This document shows, in pieces, positions 38,764 through 47,712 of a DNA stretch of 64,000 nucleotides. Origin of the DNA: Alphaproteobacteria bacterium. Its GTDB lineage: Bacteria > Pseudomonadota > Alphaproteobacteria > UBA6615. The notes under the pieces are model-generated. The model ran no database searches and was not told the DNA's origin. It saw nothing but the letters and a program-made list of their open reading frames with translations. Position 1 is the stretch's first letter; every line of letters starts with the position of its first letter. The position numbers were made by a program, and so were the translations under genes. The stretch spans positions 1-64,000 of the forward strand of contig CBDHEC010000047.1 of assembly GCA_965261975.1 (NCBI GenBank), in the 5' to 3' direction.

Positions 38764-39696
38764 CTACCAGGCGGGGGGCTCGATGCCGTTCTGGCGGCAG
38801 GCCGCCGTGACCGTGTTGGCCAGCAGGCAGGCGATCGTCATGGGCCCGACCCCGCCGGGGACGGGTGTGATCGCGCCCGCGACCTCGACCGCCGCGTCGA
38901 AATCCACATCGCCGACGAGGCGCATCTTGTCGGGGTCGTCGTCGGTCGGTGCCGCGACCCGGTTGATGCCCACATCGATGACGGCTGCACCGGGCTTGAT
39001 CCAGTCGCCCTGAACCATCTGCGGGCGGCCGACGGCAGCCACCAGGATGTCGGCCCGGCGGCAGACATCGGCCAGGTCCTTCGTGCGCGAATGGGCGATG
39101 GTGACAGTGCAGCTCGCCTGGGTGAGAAGTGCGGCCATCGGCTTGCCGACGATGTTCGAGCGGCCGAGCACGACGGCGTCGAGCCCGGACAGGTCGCCCA
39201 GCCGGTCCTCCAGCATCATCCGGCAGCCAAGCGGCGTGCAGGGTACCATCGCGGCGTCCGGCCCGGTCATCTGGCCGGTCGCCAGGCGGCCGGTGTTGAT
39301 CACGTGAAACCCGTCCACATCCTTGTTGGGTGCGATGGCGTCGATCACGGCGTTGGGGTCGATCTGGTCCGGCACGGGCAGCTGGACGAGGATCCCGTGG
39401 ACGGAATCGTCATTGTTGAGCTGATCGACGAGCGCCAGCAGCTCGGCCTGGCTGGTGGCGGCGTCGAGGCGGTGATCGGTTGCCGTGATGCCCGCCGCCT
39501 CGGCGGCCTTGCCCTTGTTGCGCACATAGACCTGGCTCGCCGGGTCGTCGCCGACCAGCACCACGGCGAGGCCCGGTGTCAGGCCGTGCGCCTCGGTGAT
39601 CTTTGCCACATTCTCGCCGATGCGCCCGCGTAGCGCTTCTGCGAAGGCCTTGCCGTCGATGATCTTGTCCGCGTGGGTGGTCTTTGGATCGGTCAT
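38764..39696 (-). CDS. folD: Methylene-THF dehydrogenase/cyclohydrolase
   Basis: [33 protein letters not shown]. Confidence 0.98.
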   Translation of the reverse strand: MTDPKTTHADKIIDGKAFAEALRGRIGENVAKITEAHGLTPGLAVVLVGDDPASQVYVRNKGKAAEAAGITATDHRLDAATSQAELLALVDQLNNDDSVHGILVQLPVPDQIDPNAVIDAIAPNKDVDGFHVINTGRLATGQMTGPDAAMVPCTPLGCRMMLEDRLGDLSGLDAVVLGRSNIVGKPMAALLTQASCTVTIAHSRTKDLADVCRRADILVAAVGRPQMVQGDWIKPGAAVIDVGINRVAAPTDDDPDKMRLVGDVDFDAAVEVAGAITPVPGGVGPMTIACLLANTVTAACRQNGIEPPAW

Positions 39697-39772
39697 GCTC
39701 TCACTCTGTGAAGTTCACCAACGCCTCTAGCATGGGTGTGAGAGTCGGGCCATTCCCGGCGAAAGGCGGAGT

Positions 39773-40054
39773 CTAGCGCAGCAGCAATTCGGGGATGAAT
39801 TGCTGCAGGAAACCGAGGATCAGGATGACGATCAGCGGCGACAGGTCGATGCCGCCGATGGCCGGGATCACCTGCCGGATCGGGCGCAGCGCCGGCTCGG
39901 TGATCCGGTAGAGGAAGTCGCCGACCTGGTAGACCAAGCGGTTGGACGTGTTGATCACGTTGAACTGGACGAGCCAGGTCAGAACCACCGAGATGATCAC
40001 GGCCCACATATAGAGGCCGATGACCGTGCTGATGAGGTTGGCGATAGCGAGCAT
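39773..40054 (-). CDS. yggT: YggT family membrane protein
   Basis: LYRITEPALRPIR..GGIDLSP. Confidence 0.93.
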   Translation of the reverse strand: MLAIANLISTVIGLYMWAVIISVVLTWLVQFNVINTSNRLVYQVGDFLYRITEPALRPIRQVIPAIGGIDLSPLIVILILGFLQQFIPELLLR

Positions 40055-40176
40055 GTTCTTCGATCCGCGGGTGCGTAAATGGACGTTGGAAACGCCATGT
40101 TCCAGCCGGTTTGAGACTAGCCAGCGGCTCTGCGCCTGTCCAGTCACGCGCCGGTTACGCGCCTGCGCGCGGATGA

Positions 40177-40207
40177 CTTGACAGGAGCGGCGGCGCGCAC
40201 CCATATT
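40177..40207 (+). promoter_or_regulatory. Putative sigma70 promoter of tRNA-Ala
   Basis: CTTGACA-N17-CCATATT followed by a GC-rich discriminator. Confidence 0.6.
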
Positions 40208-40262
40208 CCCGCCGCGCCGCGATGCCGGGAGAGGCCGCGCGCAGGCCGTTTTCGGCATCGGT

Positions 40263-40338
40263 GGGGCCGTAGCTCAGTTGGGAGAGCGCTACGTTCGCAA
40301 CGTAGAGGTCAGGGGTTCGATTCCCCTCGGCTCCACCA
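40263..40338 (+). tRNA. tRNA-Ala (anticodon CGC)
   Basis: 76 nt, GGGGCCGTAGCTCAGTTGGGAGAGC..GGTTCGATTCC..CTCCACCA. Anticodon arm CTACG-TTCGCAA-CGTAG, G3:U70 pair, encoded CCA. Confidence 0.98.
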
Positions 40339-40418
40339 AATTTCTAACTTTCCTGTGGCACAAACTCGGTTGGCCTTAACGTTCAGGCCTGTCGGTCGTT
40401 GGCGCGAGTTAGTCAGAC

Positions 40419-41045
40419 CTACTTGTAAAGCCGGATACTTGAAACCATCAGGTCGGCCGAGAATGCCCGTCCGATGGCAACCAGTCCGATCCGTTTGAGG
40501 CGTTGCCTATCGAGGGGTGAATCGAGCCGATACGGTTCGAATGCCGCGAATGGCATATCGAATGTCTGCCAGCGCGCGCCGGCGGTGAAATGCGCCCGGT
40601 ACGACTGCCAGGGCCGCGTCGCGTCGGGGGTTCGCAGGTGCAGCGAGTACTGCTCATTATTGCCGCGAACCGTCACGCGGAGGCCGCGATACGTTGATGC
40701 GTCGAGGAGACCACATGGTGTTTCCAAATCAAGGGCGGCCTGAACAAACCCGCCGTTGTTCTCGAGGCGAACGTCGCCGCGCAGGCGAATAAAGGACTGC
40801 CCGCTGGCTTCGTCGTGTTCGACGCGCACGTTTGAAACGCCACCCATGACCTGGTCGCTCACCCCGCGCCACACGGTGCCCAGCGGGGAAACCAACTCCT
40901 CGTTCGAAAAATCATCGATCAACATCGTGTCGCTCATTGCGTGGATATCTGTCGGTATCCAAAGGGCCAGCAGGATGAGAGGGAGGCGCGCCAACCTTGC
41001 CATGCCCCGACGGAAATTCGCATTGGTCAAGTGTGACATGGACAT
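40419..41045 (-). CDS. CIA30 family protein with a signal-peptide-like N-terminus
   Basis: W..VSDQVMGGVS, GDVRLENNGGF, VRGN. TGATG overlap with the DUF393 stop. Confidence 0.88.
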   Translation of the reverse strand: MSMSHLTNANFRRGMARLARLPLILLALWIPTDIHAMSDTMLIDDFSNEELVSPLGTVWRGVSDQVMGGVSNVRVEHDEASGQSFIRLRGDVRLENNGGFVQAALDLETPCGLLDASTYRGLRVTVRGNNEQYSLHLRTPDATRPWQSYRAHFTAGARWQTFDMPFAAFEPYRLDSPLDRQRLKRIGLVAIGRAFSADLMVSSIRLYK

Positions 41046-41461
41046 CAAAGTTGCTTCCCCGTTTCTGGTCCGGTCGTCGTTGTCGGCGTGTCGCAATAAA
41101 CGCCAAGCCGAGGGCCAACCCAACGTTGCAGGTGGGGGCGTAACGGAAGGAACAGGTTGTACAGGCGTTCGAGAATCCAGAGCACCGGTTGGGCCCGGGC
41201 GAATTTTCCCATCCGCCGGAAGCGCGGCAACGCAGTCCATAGAAGAGCGAAAGCGGCCGCCCCATCGATCAGTTCACCGTTACCGGTCTGAACGTGGAAC
41301 CGTGCCAGGGCATCGTCACGGGACAGACCGTCAGGAAGTTCTGCCTTGTCTGTCCGGCTGACGTCGACCCAGGTGATGCGTGATCCGCCTTCCTGTTTTT
41401 GATAGAAGGCGATCTCCCGCGTGCACAGCGGACAGGCACCGTCGAAGAACACCCGGGGCAT
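41045..41461 (-). CDS. DUF393/DCC-family thiol-disulfide oxidoreductase
   Basis: VFFDGACPLC.REI, ALARFHV, GAAAF..LW. Confidence 0.9.
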   Translation of the reverse strand: MPRVFFDGACPLCTREIAFYQKQEGGSRITWVDVSRTDKAELPDGLSRDDALARFHVQTGNGELIDGAAAFALLWTALPRFRRMGKFARAQPVLWILERLYNLFLPLRPHLQRWVGPRLGVYCDTPTTTTGPETGKQL

Positions 41462-41499
41462 GGTTTCACCTTCTTCTTTGTTTGCTGTTTCGTACTCCG

Positions 41500-41525
41500 T
41501 ACGTGATCCGTGATGTGACGGATCA
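41500..41525 (-). promoter_or_regulatory. Putative RpoE/ChrR-type (ECF11) promoter for DUF393-CIA30
   Basis: Minus strand reads TGATCC-N16-CGTA, ending 38 nt before the ATG. Confidence 0.7.
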
Positions 41526-41615
41526 ACCGGCGCTGCACCGCCTGCGACCTTCTGTCGTCGTCCGGGGGGCCGCTCTCTGCGTATTGAGTGCAAACCCTAG
41601 AAATGGAGACAGTCC

Positions 41616-42056
41616 ATGAGACGAATTGGCTATGTTTTGACGTTTCTCTTCCTTGTCGTGCCCGTTTCGGTGAATGCGGCGGACAAATCGATTGAAATGT
41701 TGAACAAGGACCCCGGGTCCAAGGAACGAAACATTTACAGCCCGGCACTGGTCCAAATCGAACCAGGTGACACCGTGACATGGGTCGCGACGGATCGCGG
41801 GCACAATGTGGAGTTTGTCCGCGGCGCTATCCCGAAGGGTGTGAAGCCCTTCCGCTCTGCGCTCAGCAAGGACGTGTCTTACACATTTTCGACGCCTGGT
41901 GCGTATGTCTACAAATGCACACCGCATTATGGCCAGGGGATGGTGGGTATCGTCATCGTTGGTGACATGCCCGAAAACCTGTCCGCGATTGCGGCGAAGA
42001 AGTATCCGGGCAAGGCCGACAAACGGATCGAGGCGCTTCTAGCACCGCTGACCTAG
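41616..42056 (+). CDS. paz: Pseudoazurin (type 1 copper protein)
   Basis: Signal peptide, IEMLNK, GHNVE, YKCTPHYGQGM (H/C/H/M copper ligands). Confidence 0.92.
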   Translation: MRRIGYVLTFLFLVVPVSVNAADKSIEMLNKDPGSKERNIYSPALVQIEPGDTVTWVATDRGHNVEFVRGAIPKGVKPFRSALSKDVSYTFSTPGAYVYKCTPHYGQGMVGIVIVGDMPENLSAIAAKKYPGKADKRIEALLAPLT

Positions 42057-42175
42057 CGACGGCCCGCCGGCGCGATCTCGCAGCGACATCGCGCCGGCGG
42101 ATGCCGCGTGCGTACGACAAGATCGGCCCGGACCTGTGCTCCATGCTGAATAAAAGCCCGCCGTCCGTATCCTTG

Positions 42176-42202
42176 CAATCCGAACGCAGGGCTCAAGCGT
42201 AA
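42176..42202 (+). promoter_or_regulatory. Putative RpoE/ChrR-type promoter for the LLM-DUF3429-DUF2256-DUF427 operon
   Basis: CAATCC-N16-CGTAA, ending 27 nt before the ATG. The -35 matches at 4 of 6 positions. Confidence 0.45.
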
Positions 42203-42229
42203 AAGGTTTTTTACGAGGGATTCAAAACA

Positions 42230-43351
42230 ATGCGTTTGGGTTATTTCACGATGCCGGTGCACCCGTTGCACCGGGACTATCCGACCACACTGCAGGAAGA
42301 CCGGGAGACGATCATCCTGTGCGACAAGTTGGGTTTTCACGACGCGTTTGTGGGCGAGCATTTGACTGACAGCGCGGAGAACATCACCAACTCGATGATG
42401 TTCCAGGCAACGCTCATTCATGCGACGGAAAACATCAAGCTGGCGACCGGGACGACGAACCTGTCGCACATGCACCCGGTGCTGGTGGCGACCCATGCAG
42501 CCATGTTCGACAATCTCGCGCGCGGTCGATTCATCCTCGGTGTCAGCCCCGGCGCGCTGCGATCCGATGCGGAGGCGCTCGGCATGCTCGACGAAGACCG
42601 AAACCAGATTTTCGCTGAAGCGATCGACGTAATTCTGGCGATCTGGGCGGGTGAAACTCCCTACGACATCAATTTCGACAACAACCGGTTCAAGGTGACG
42701 ACGGCCGAGACCCGATACCTCGATGTCGGATACGGGATCATGCCGAAGACATATCAGCAGCCGCGTCCCGAGATCGTCGGCACCGTCGTCGCGCCATTTT
42801 CCAAAGGCGTGATCGCCATGGGCGAGCGCGACTTTCACCCGCTGTCGGCCAACTTCCTGTTGCCGAAATGGGCGGCGACCCATTGGGGAAACTATGCCCA
42901 GGGCAAGGCAAATGCCGGCGAGACCGCCGATCCGGCCGACTGGCGAATCGCGAAGACCATCTTCGTCGCCGACGACGACGCCACGGCGAAATCCTACGGC
43001 AAGGACGACGCGAACAGCCCGTATCGATTCTACTACAGCCAGATTCTGAAGAAGATGATCCGCGGCAAACGCCAGGCGGTTTTCAAGCACGACCGCGAAG
43101 AAGCCGACGAGGCGGTCACCCTCGACCGGGTGCTCGACGATCTCGTGATATGCGGCACGGTGAACGACGTGGTTGATCAGATTCTGGCGCTGCGCGAAGT
43201 AACGGGAGACTTTGGTGAGCTCGTTTACGCTGGCATGGACTGGGTGGATGAAGGGCTCACGAAGCGCTCACTGCAACTGATGGCCGAGGAGGTCATGCCG
43301 CGGGTGAACGATGCTATCGCCGCATCAGAATCGGCCGCAGCGGCCCAGTAG
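42230..43351 (+). CDS. LLM-class flavin-dependent oxidoreductase
   Basis: MRLGYFTMPVHP, FVGEH, IKLATGT, GRFILGVSPG. Confidence 0.9.
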   Translation: MRLGYFTMPVHPLHRDYPTTLQEDRETIILCDKLGFHDAFVGEHLTDSAENITNSMMFQATLIHATENIKLATGTTNLSHMHPVLVATHAAMFDNLARGRFILGVSPGALRSDAEALGMLDEDRNQIFAEAIDVILAIWAGETPYDINFDNNRFKVTTAETRYLDVGYGIMPKTYQQPRPEIVGTVVAPFSKGVIAMGERDFHPLSANFLLPKWAATHWGNYAQGKANAGETADPADWRIAKTIFVADDDATAKSYGKDDANSPYRFYYSQILKKMIRGKRQAVFKHDREEADEAVTLDRVLDDLVICGTVNDVVDQILALREVTGDFGELVYAGMDWVDEGLTKRSLQLMAEEVMPRVNDAIAASESAAAAQ

Positions 43352-43369
43352 TCGGGCGGGGACCAAAGG

Positions 43370-43831
43370 TTGCAAATGACAGTCGAAGGCAGATCGGTCC
43401 CGGCTGCGGCGGTTTGGCTTGGAGGCCTTGGCGTTCTCCCGTTCCTCGCCTGTGCCGCTTTTCTTCTCGCAGGACCGCCGGGACTGGCCGAAGCGGCGTC
43501 CCATGCGATTGTCGCCTATGGTGCGGTCATATTGTCTTTTCTTGGCGGCGTCAGGTGGGGGTTCGCGACGAAAGACGCGAACGCATCGAGCGAAAACACG
43601 GCCCTGCTGCGACGGCTTACGCTCAGCGTCGTACCGGCGCTTGTGGCTTGGGCGGGGCTTCTGACGTCCGTGGTAACCGGAATTTTACTTCTTTCGGGCG
43701 CATTCCTGCTGGTGCTTTTGTCAGACATCCGGGCAGCGCAATCGCATGAAGCGCCGCTCTGGTACCCCTTGTTGCGTGGCCCCCTAACGCTTCTCGTGGT
43801 CGCCTCGCTTCTTGCCGCAGCTCTGGCGTGA
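43370..43831 (+). CDS. DUF3429 membrane protein
   Basis: LGGLGVLPF, YGAVILSFLGGVRWG, WY..LR..LT. Confidence 0.88.
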   Translation: MQMTVEGRSVPAAAVWLGGLGVLPFLACAAFLLAGPPGLAEAASHAIVAYGAVILSFLGGVRWGFATKDANASSENTALLRRLTLSVVPALVAWAGLLTSVVTGILLLSGAFLLVLLSDIRAAQSHEAPLWYPLLRGPLTLLVVASLLAAALA

Positions 43832-43859
43832 ATCTCAGGGCCTCCATAGGGGAAAGCAC

Positions 43860-44039
43860 ATGGGCCACAAACGTGATCGGCGGGCAAAGGTCTGTCCGAC
43901 TTGCACGCGAAGCTTTTTCTGGCGGCGGCGATGGGCGTCATGCTGGGAAGACGTGAAATTCTGCTCGGGACGATGCCGCAAAAACCGAAACCGGAACCAG
44001 AAGAAGGATACAGCTCATGAAATTCGCGTCGCGCATTGA
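43860..44039 (+). CDS. DUF2256 small Cys-rich protein
   Basis: KVCPTCTRSFFWRRRWASCWEDVKFCSGRCR. Confidence 0.85.
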   Translation: MGHKRDRRAKVCPTCTRSFFWRRRWASCWEDVKFCSGRCRKNRNRNQKKDTAHEIRVAH

Positions 44040-44514
44040 GCCCGGGCCGGGCCAGGAATCGGTCTGGGACTATCCTCGGCCACCCCGTCTCGAAAGCGTC
44101 GGGGATCGCCTTCGCGTGGAGTTCGCGAGCGTGACGGTTGCTTCCACCAAACATGGTTTCAGGGTTCTCGAGACCAGCCATCCGCCCGTTTACTATATCC
44201 CGGCGCGCGACATACGCCGCGAGTTCCTCGAGCGTGCACCGGGGCAATCCTTTTGCGAGTTCAAGGGAGTCGCGCACTACTGGTCTCTCGAGGTGAACGG
44301 AAGAACGTCTCCAATAGCGGCATGGAGCTATCCGGCACCGACCGAATCCTTCGCACCGATCGCAGATTGTATGGCCTTCTATGCCTCGTGCGTTGATTCG
44401 TGCTGGGTCGGCGAAGAGCGTGTCCTGCCGCAGGAAGGGGATTTCTACGGCGGCTGGATCACGCCCCGGATTGTCGGCCCCTTCAAGGGCGGGGTCGGAA
44501 CGCGCGGCTGGTAA
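44017..44514 (+). CDS. DUF427 domain protein
   Basis: QESVWDYPRPP, LETSHPPVYYIP, CEFKG, FYGGWIT..VGPFKG. Confidence 0.9.
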   Translation: MKFASRIEPGPGQESVWDYPRPPRLESVGDRLRVEFASVTVASTKHGFRVLETSHPPVYYIPARDIRREFLERAPGQSFCEFKGVAHYWSLEVNGRTSPIAAWSYPAPTESFAPIADCMAFYASCVDSCWVGEERVLPQEGDFYGGWITPRIVGPFKGGVGTRGW

Positions 44515-44789
44515 ATCTGTTTGACGACCGGTCCGATGGAAACATCGGGCTTTGAACTGCGGTCATCTGACCCTCACGTTCCGGACTATTCAGAGACGAG
44601 TTCGCCCGAGACTCGATCCACCACCAAATTTCCCGAACATTCCTGTTTGAAACGCACACGGCACGTGAACAAGCCATCGCGTCGGCAAGATCGCGCCTGA
44701 CTTTCACCCGGGCATGATGTAGGAGGGCCGTCATTGATGGGTTCTCCGGCGTACCGGCCGCGCCCATACGGCATTCCGGTCGAGAGAAC

Positions 44790-46826
44790 ATGACAGACAT
44801 CGAAGGCGTTGCACCGCCGCTCCAGCAGGCCTTGACCCAGCGCGGCTACACCGAACTGACCCCGGTGCAGACCGCGATCCTGGCGCTCGACGACAAGGAT
44901 GCCGACGCGCTCGTGTCGGCCCAGACCGGCTCGGGCAAGACGGTGGCTTTTGGTTTGGCGCTGGCGCCGACCCTGCTGGCCGGCGCCGATCGGTTCGAGC
45001 GCGCGCAGGCGCCACTGGCGCTGGCGGTCGCGCCGACCCGGGAGCTGGCACTGCAGGTGCGCCGCGAACTCGAATGGCTTTATGCGCCCACCGGTGCTGC
45101 CTTCGCGTCGTGCGTCGGGGGCATGGATGCGCGCGCCGAACGCATGGCGTTGCAACGTGGTGCGCACATCGTGGTCGGCACGCCGGGGCGGCTGCGCGAC
45201 CATATCGAGCGCGGTGCGTTCAACACGTCGGGGCTCAAGGCCGTGGTGCTGGACGAGGCCGATGAAATGCTCGATCTGGGCTTCCGCGACGACCTCGAAT
45301 TCATCCTCGATGCCGCACCCGCGGACCGGCGCACCTTGTTGTTCTCCGCCACGGTTCCCCGCGCGATCGCCAACCTGGCCAAGCGCTATCAGCGCGATGC
45401 GGTGCGGGTCTCGACGACGGCGGAGCAGCGCCAGCATGTCGATATCGAGTATCGCGCGCTCACGGTCGCGCCCAACGACGCCGAGAACGCCATCGTCAAC
45501 GTGCTGCGCTATTTCGACGCCAAGAACGCGCTCGTCTTTTGCGGGACCCGGGCTGCCGTCAACCGGATGACCAGCCGCTTCGCCAACCGGGGCTTCCAGG
45601 CCGTGGCGCTGTCGGGCGAGCTCAGCCAGAACGAGCGCACCCATGCGCTACAGGCATTGCGTGATGGGCGCGCGCGGGTGTGTATCGCAACGGACGTGGC
45701 CGCGCGCGGTCTCGACCTGCCGAACCTGGAGCTCGTGGTTCACGCGGATATTCCCAAGAACCGCGAATCCCTGCTGCACCGAAGCGGGCGGACCGGGCGT
45801 GCCGGGCGCAAGGGTGTGTGCGCGTTGATCGTGCCGCATAACATGCGCCGGCGCACGGAGCGGCTTTTGAAAAGCGCCAACGTGGAAGCCACATGGGCGA
45901 ACCCGCCATCGGCCCAGGACATCCTGAAGCGTGATCGCGAGCGCATCTTCACCGACCCGGCACTAAGCGAACCGCTGAGTGATGAGGAGCGCGCCTTCGC
46001 ACAGGAGCTTCTGTCTCGGCATGATGCGGAGCAGGTCGCCGCCGCATTGTTGCGCCGGCATCTCGAAGACCAGACCGCGCCGGAAGAGCTGCTCGATGCC
46101 GCATCACCGGAGCCGCGCAAGAACCGGCGCGACAATTTCAAGGACAGCGTCTGGTTCACCCTGTCGGTGGGTCGGGACGAGCGCGCCGAAGCGCGCTGGC
46201 TGATGCCGATGTTGTGCCGCGCCGGGCACCTCACCAAGCAGGATATCGGTGCGATCCGGATTCAGGCGAAGGAAACCCATGTCGAGCTTGCGGCGGATTG
46301 CGTGGACCGGTTCCTGGAAGGGATCGGCCCCGGCGGCAAGGTGGAGAAGAATATCGTCGTGACGCGCAGGGAGAGCGACCCCACCGCGAACGCCGGCGCG
46401 TCGGCAGACGACCGCGACAAACCATATGTGAAGAAAAAGCCCTACAACCCCAAACCGCGTCGGGATGGTGACGCGACCGGATCGCGTGGCACTGGCGACA
46501 AACCCTATTCGAAGAAGAAGCCTTACAGCGCCAAGCCGCGCGGTGAGCATGCGGTCAGCAAACGCCGTTCGGACCCGAAGCCCGACGCAGCGTCGGGCGA
46601 GGAGAGAATGCCCTGGGAGGATGAAGAGAAGAAACCCTGGGTAAAGAAAGGGAAAAGGTCCGGCAAAAAGTCGGCGAAGAAACCCGGCAAGAAGCCCGCG
46701 GGCAAGAAACCCAACAAGGGAAAGCTCGGCCTCAAGGCCCCGAAGATGAGCGCGAAGGCCCGGGCGGCGATCAATTCCGGCCACGCGCCGATGAAGCGCA
46801 AGAAGCCGAAACGGGACAGGGTCTAG
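44790..46826 (+). CDS. DEAD-box RNA helicase with a DbpA RNA-binding domain and a Lys-rich tail
   Basis: AQTGSGKT, PTRELA, LDEADEM, SAT, HRSGRTGRAG. Confidence 0.95.
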   Translation: MTDIEGVAPPLQQALTQRGYTELTPVQTAILALDDKDADALVSAQTGSGKTVAFGLALAPTLLAGADRFERAQAPLALAVAPTRELALQVRRELEWLYAPTGAAFASCVGGMDARAERMALQRGAHIVVGTPGRLRDHIERGAFNTSGLKAVVLDEADEMLDLGFRDDLEFILDAAPADRRTLLFSATVPRAIANLAKRYQRDAVRVSTTAEQRQHVDIEYRALTVAPNDAENAIVNVLRYFDAKNALVFCGTRAAVNRMTSRFANRGFQAVALSGELSQNERTHALQALRDGRARVCIATDVAARGLDLPNLELVVHADIPKNRESLLHRSGRTGRAGRKGVCALIVPHNMRRRTERLLKSANVEATWANPPSAQDILKRDRERIFTDPALSEPLSDEERAFAQELLSRHDAEQVAAALLRRHLEDQTAPEELLDAASPEPRKNRRDNFKDSVWFTLSVGRDERAEARWLMPMLCRAGHLTKQDIGAIRIQAKETHVELAADCVDRFLEGIGPGGKVEKNIVVTRRESDPTANAGASADDRDKPYVKKKPYNPKPRRDGDATGSRGTGDKPYSKKKPYSAKPRGEHAVSKRRSDPKPDAASGEERMPWEDEEKKPWVKKGKRSGKKSAKKPGKKPAGKKPNKGKLGLKAPKMSAKARAAINSGHAPMKRKKPKRDRV

Positions 46827-46845
46827 GCGTAGCTCGAACCCTGCC

Positions 46846-47703
46846 TCAGCCCTTATAGCGTTCCTGGACGCCGTCCCAGCGCGGCATGTCGACGATGTCG
46901 AGATACTCCGGGAAACTCAAACCGGTGTTGGCGAGTTTAAGCTCACCGCTCTTGATGTCGGCCAGGGTGTCGCGGATCGTCCGCGCGGTGAGCATCAATG
47001 TGGTGATGCCGTAGCTGGTGATGCTGTAACCGATCTCCCCCAGTTCTGCTGGGCCCAGCAGCGGCGTGACGCCGCCCTCGATCATGTTGGCCAGCTGCGG
47101 TACGGGCAGTTCTTCACAGATGCGCCGCATATCCTCGATCGATGTCGGCGCCTCGACGAACAATGCATCGGCGCCTGCCTTCATATAGCGCTCGCCGCGC
47201 CGCAGCGCCTCGTCGAGGCTGTCGGTCGCGATGGCATCGGTGCGCGCGATGATGAAGGTGTCGGGGTTTATGCGCTCGCCGGCACAGGCGCGGAGTTTCT
47301 CTTCCATCTCCTCGGCGGGCACGATGCGTTTGCCGGCCATATGGCCGCAGCGCTTCGGGGCGACCTGGTCCTCGATGAAGATCGCTTGCGCTCCGATCTT
47401 CTCATAATGGTTCAAGGTGTAGACGGCGTTCTTGACGTCGCCATAGCCGGTGTCGACATCGACCAGGCAGGGCAGGTCGGTGACGGCAAGGATGTCGCGC
47501 ACCCCGGCGGAAATCTCGCCGAGCCCGAGCAGGCCGATGTCGGGCGCGCCATAGCGCGCGCCGACGATCTGGAATCCGCCGATCATGAAGGCGTCAAACC
47601 CGGTCTGCTCGATGATCCGGGCGGTCAACGCGTCATGCGCCCCGGGGATGACCAGCGGCGACGTCTCGCCCGCGAGCTGACGGAACGTCTTTCTTTCTGT
47701 CAT
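46846..47703 (-). CDS. Isocitrate lyase/PEP mutase family (PrpB-like)
   Basis: PGAHDALTA, DVDTGYG, IEDQVAPKRCGH, IARTDA. Confidence 0.92.
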   Translation of the reverse strand: MTERKTFRQLAGETSPLVIPGAHDALTARIIEQTGFDAFMIGGFQIVGARYGAPDIGLLGLGEISAGVRDILAVTDLPCLVDVDTGYGDVKNAVYTLNHYEKIGAQAIFIEDQVAPKRCGHMAGKRIVPAEEMEEKLRACAGERINPDTFIIARTDAIATDSLDEALRRGERYMKAGADALFVEAPTSIEDMRRICEELPVPQLANMIEGGVTPLLGPAELGEIGYSITSYGITTLMLTARTIRDTLADIKSGELKLANTGLSFPEYLDIVDMPRWDGVQERYKG

Positions 47704-47712
47704 GGCCACCAC

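Larger units (their letters stand above)
40333..44632. mobile_element. Putative tRNA-Ala-integrated genomic islet (no integrase)
   Basis: Direct repeat CCACCAAATTTC at 40333-40344 (tRNA 3' end) and 44621-44632, with accessory genes in between. Confidence 0.55.

Noticed and set aside
41558-41584. TCGTCC-N16-CGTAT upstream of pseudoazurin as an RpoE-type promoter
   Set aside because: The spacing fits, but the -35 lacks the GAT core. Too weak to call without TSS data.
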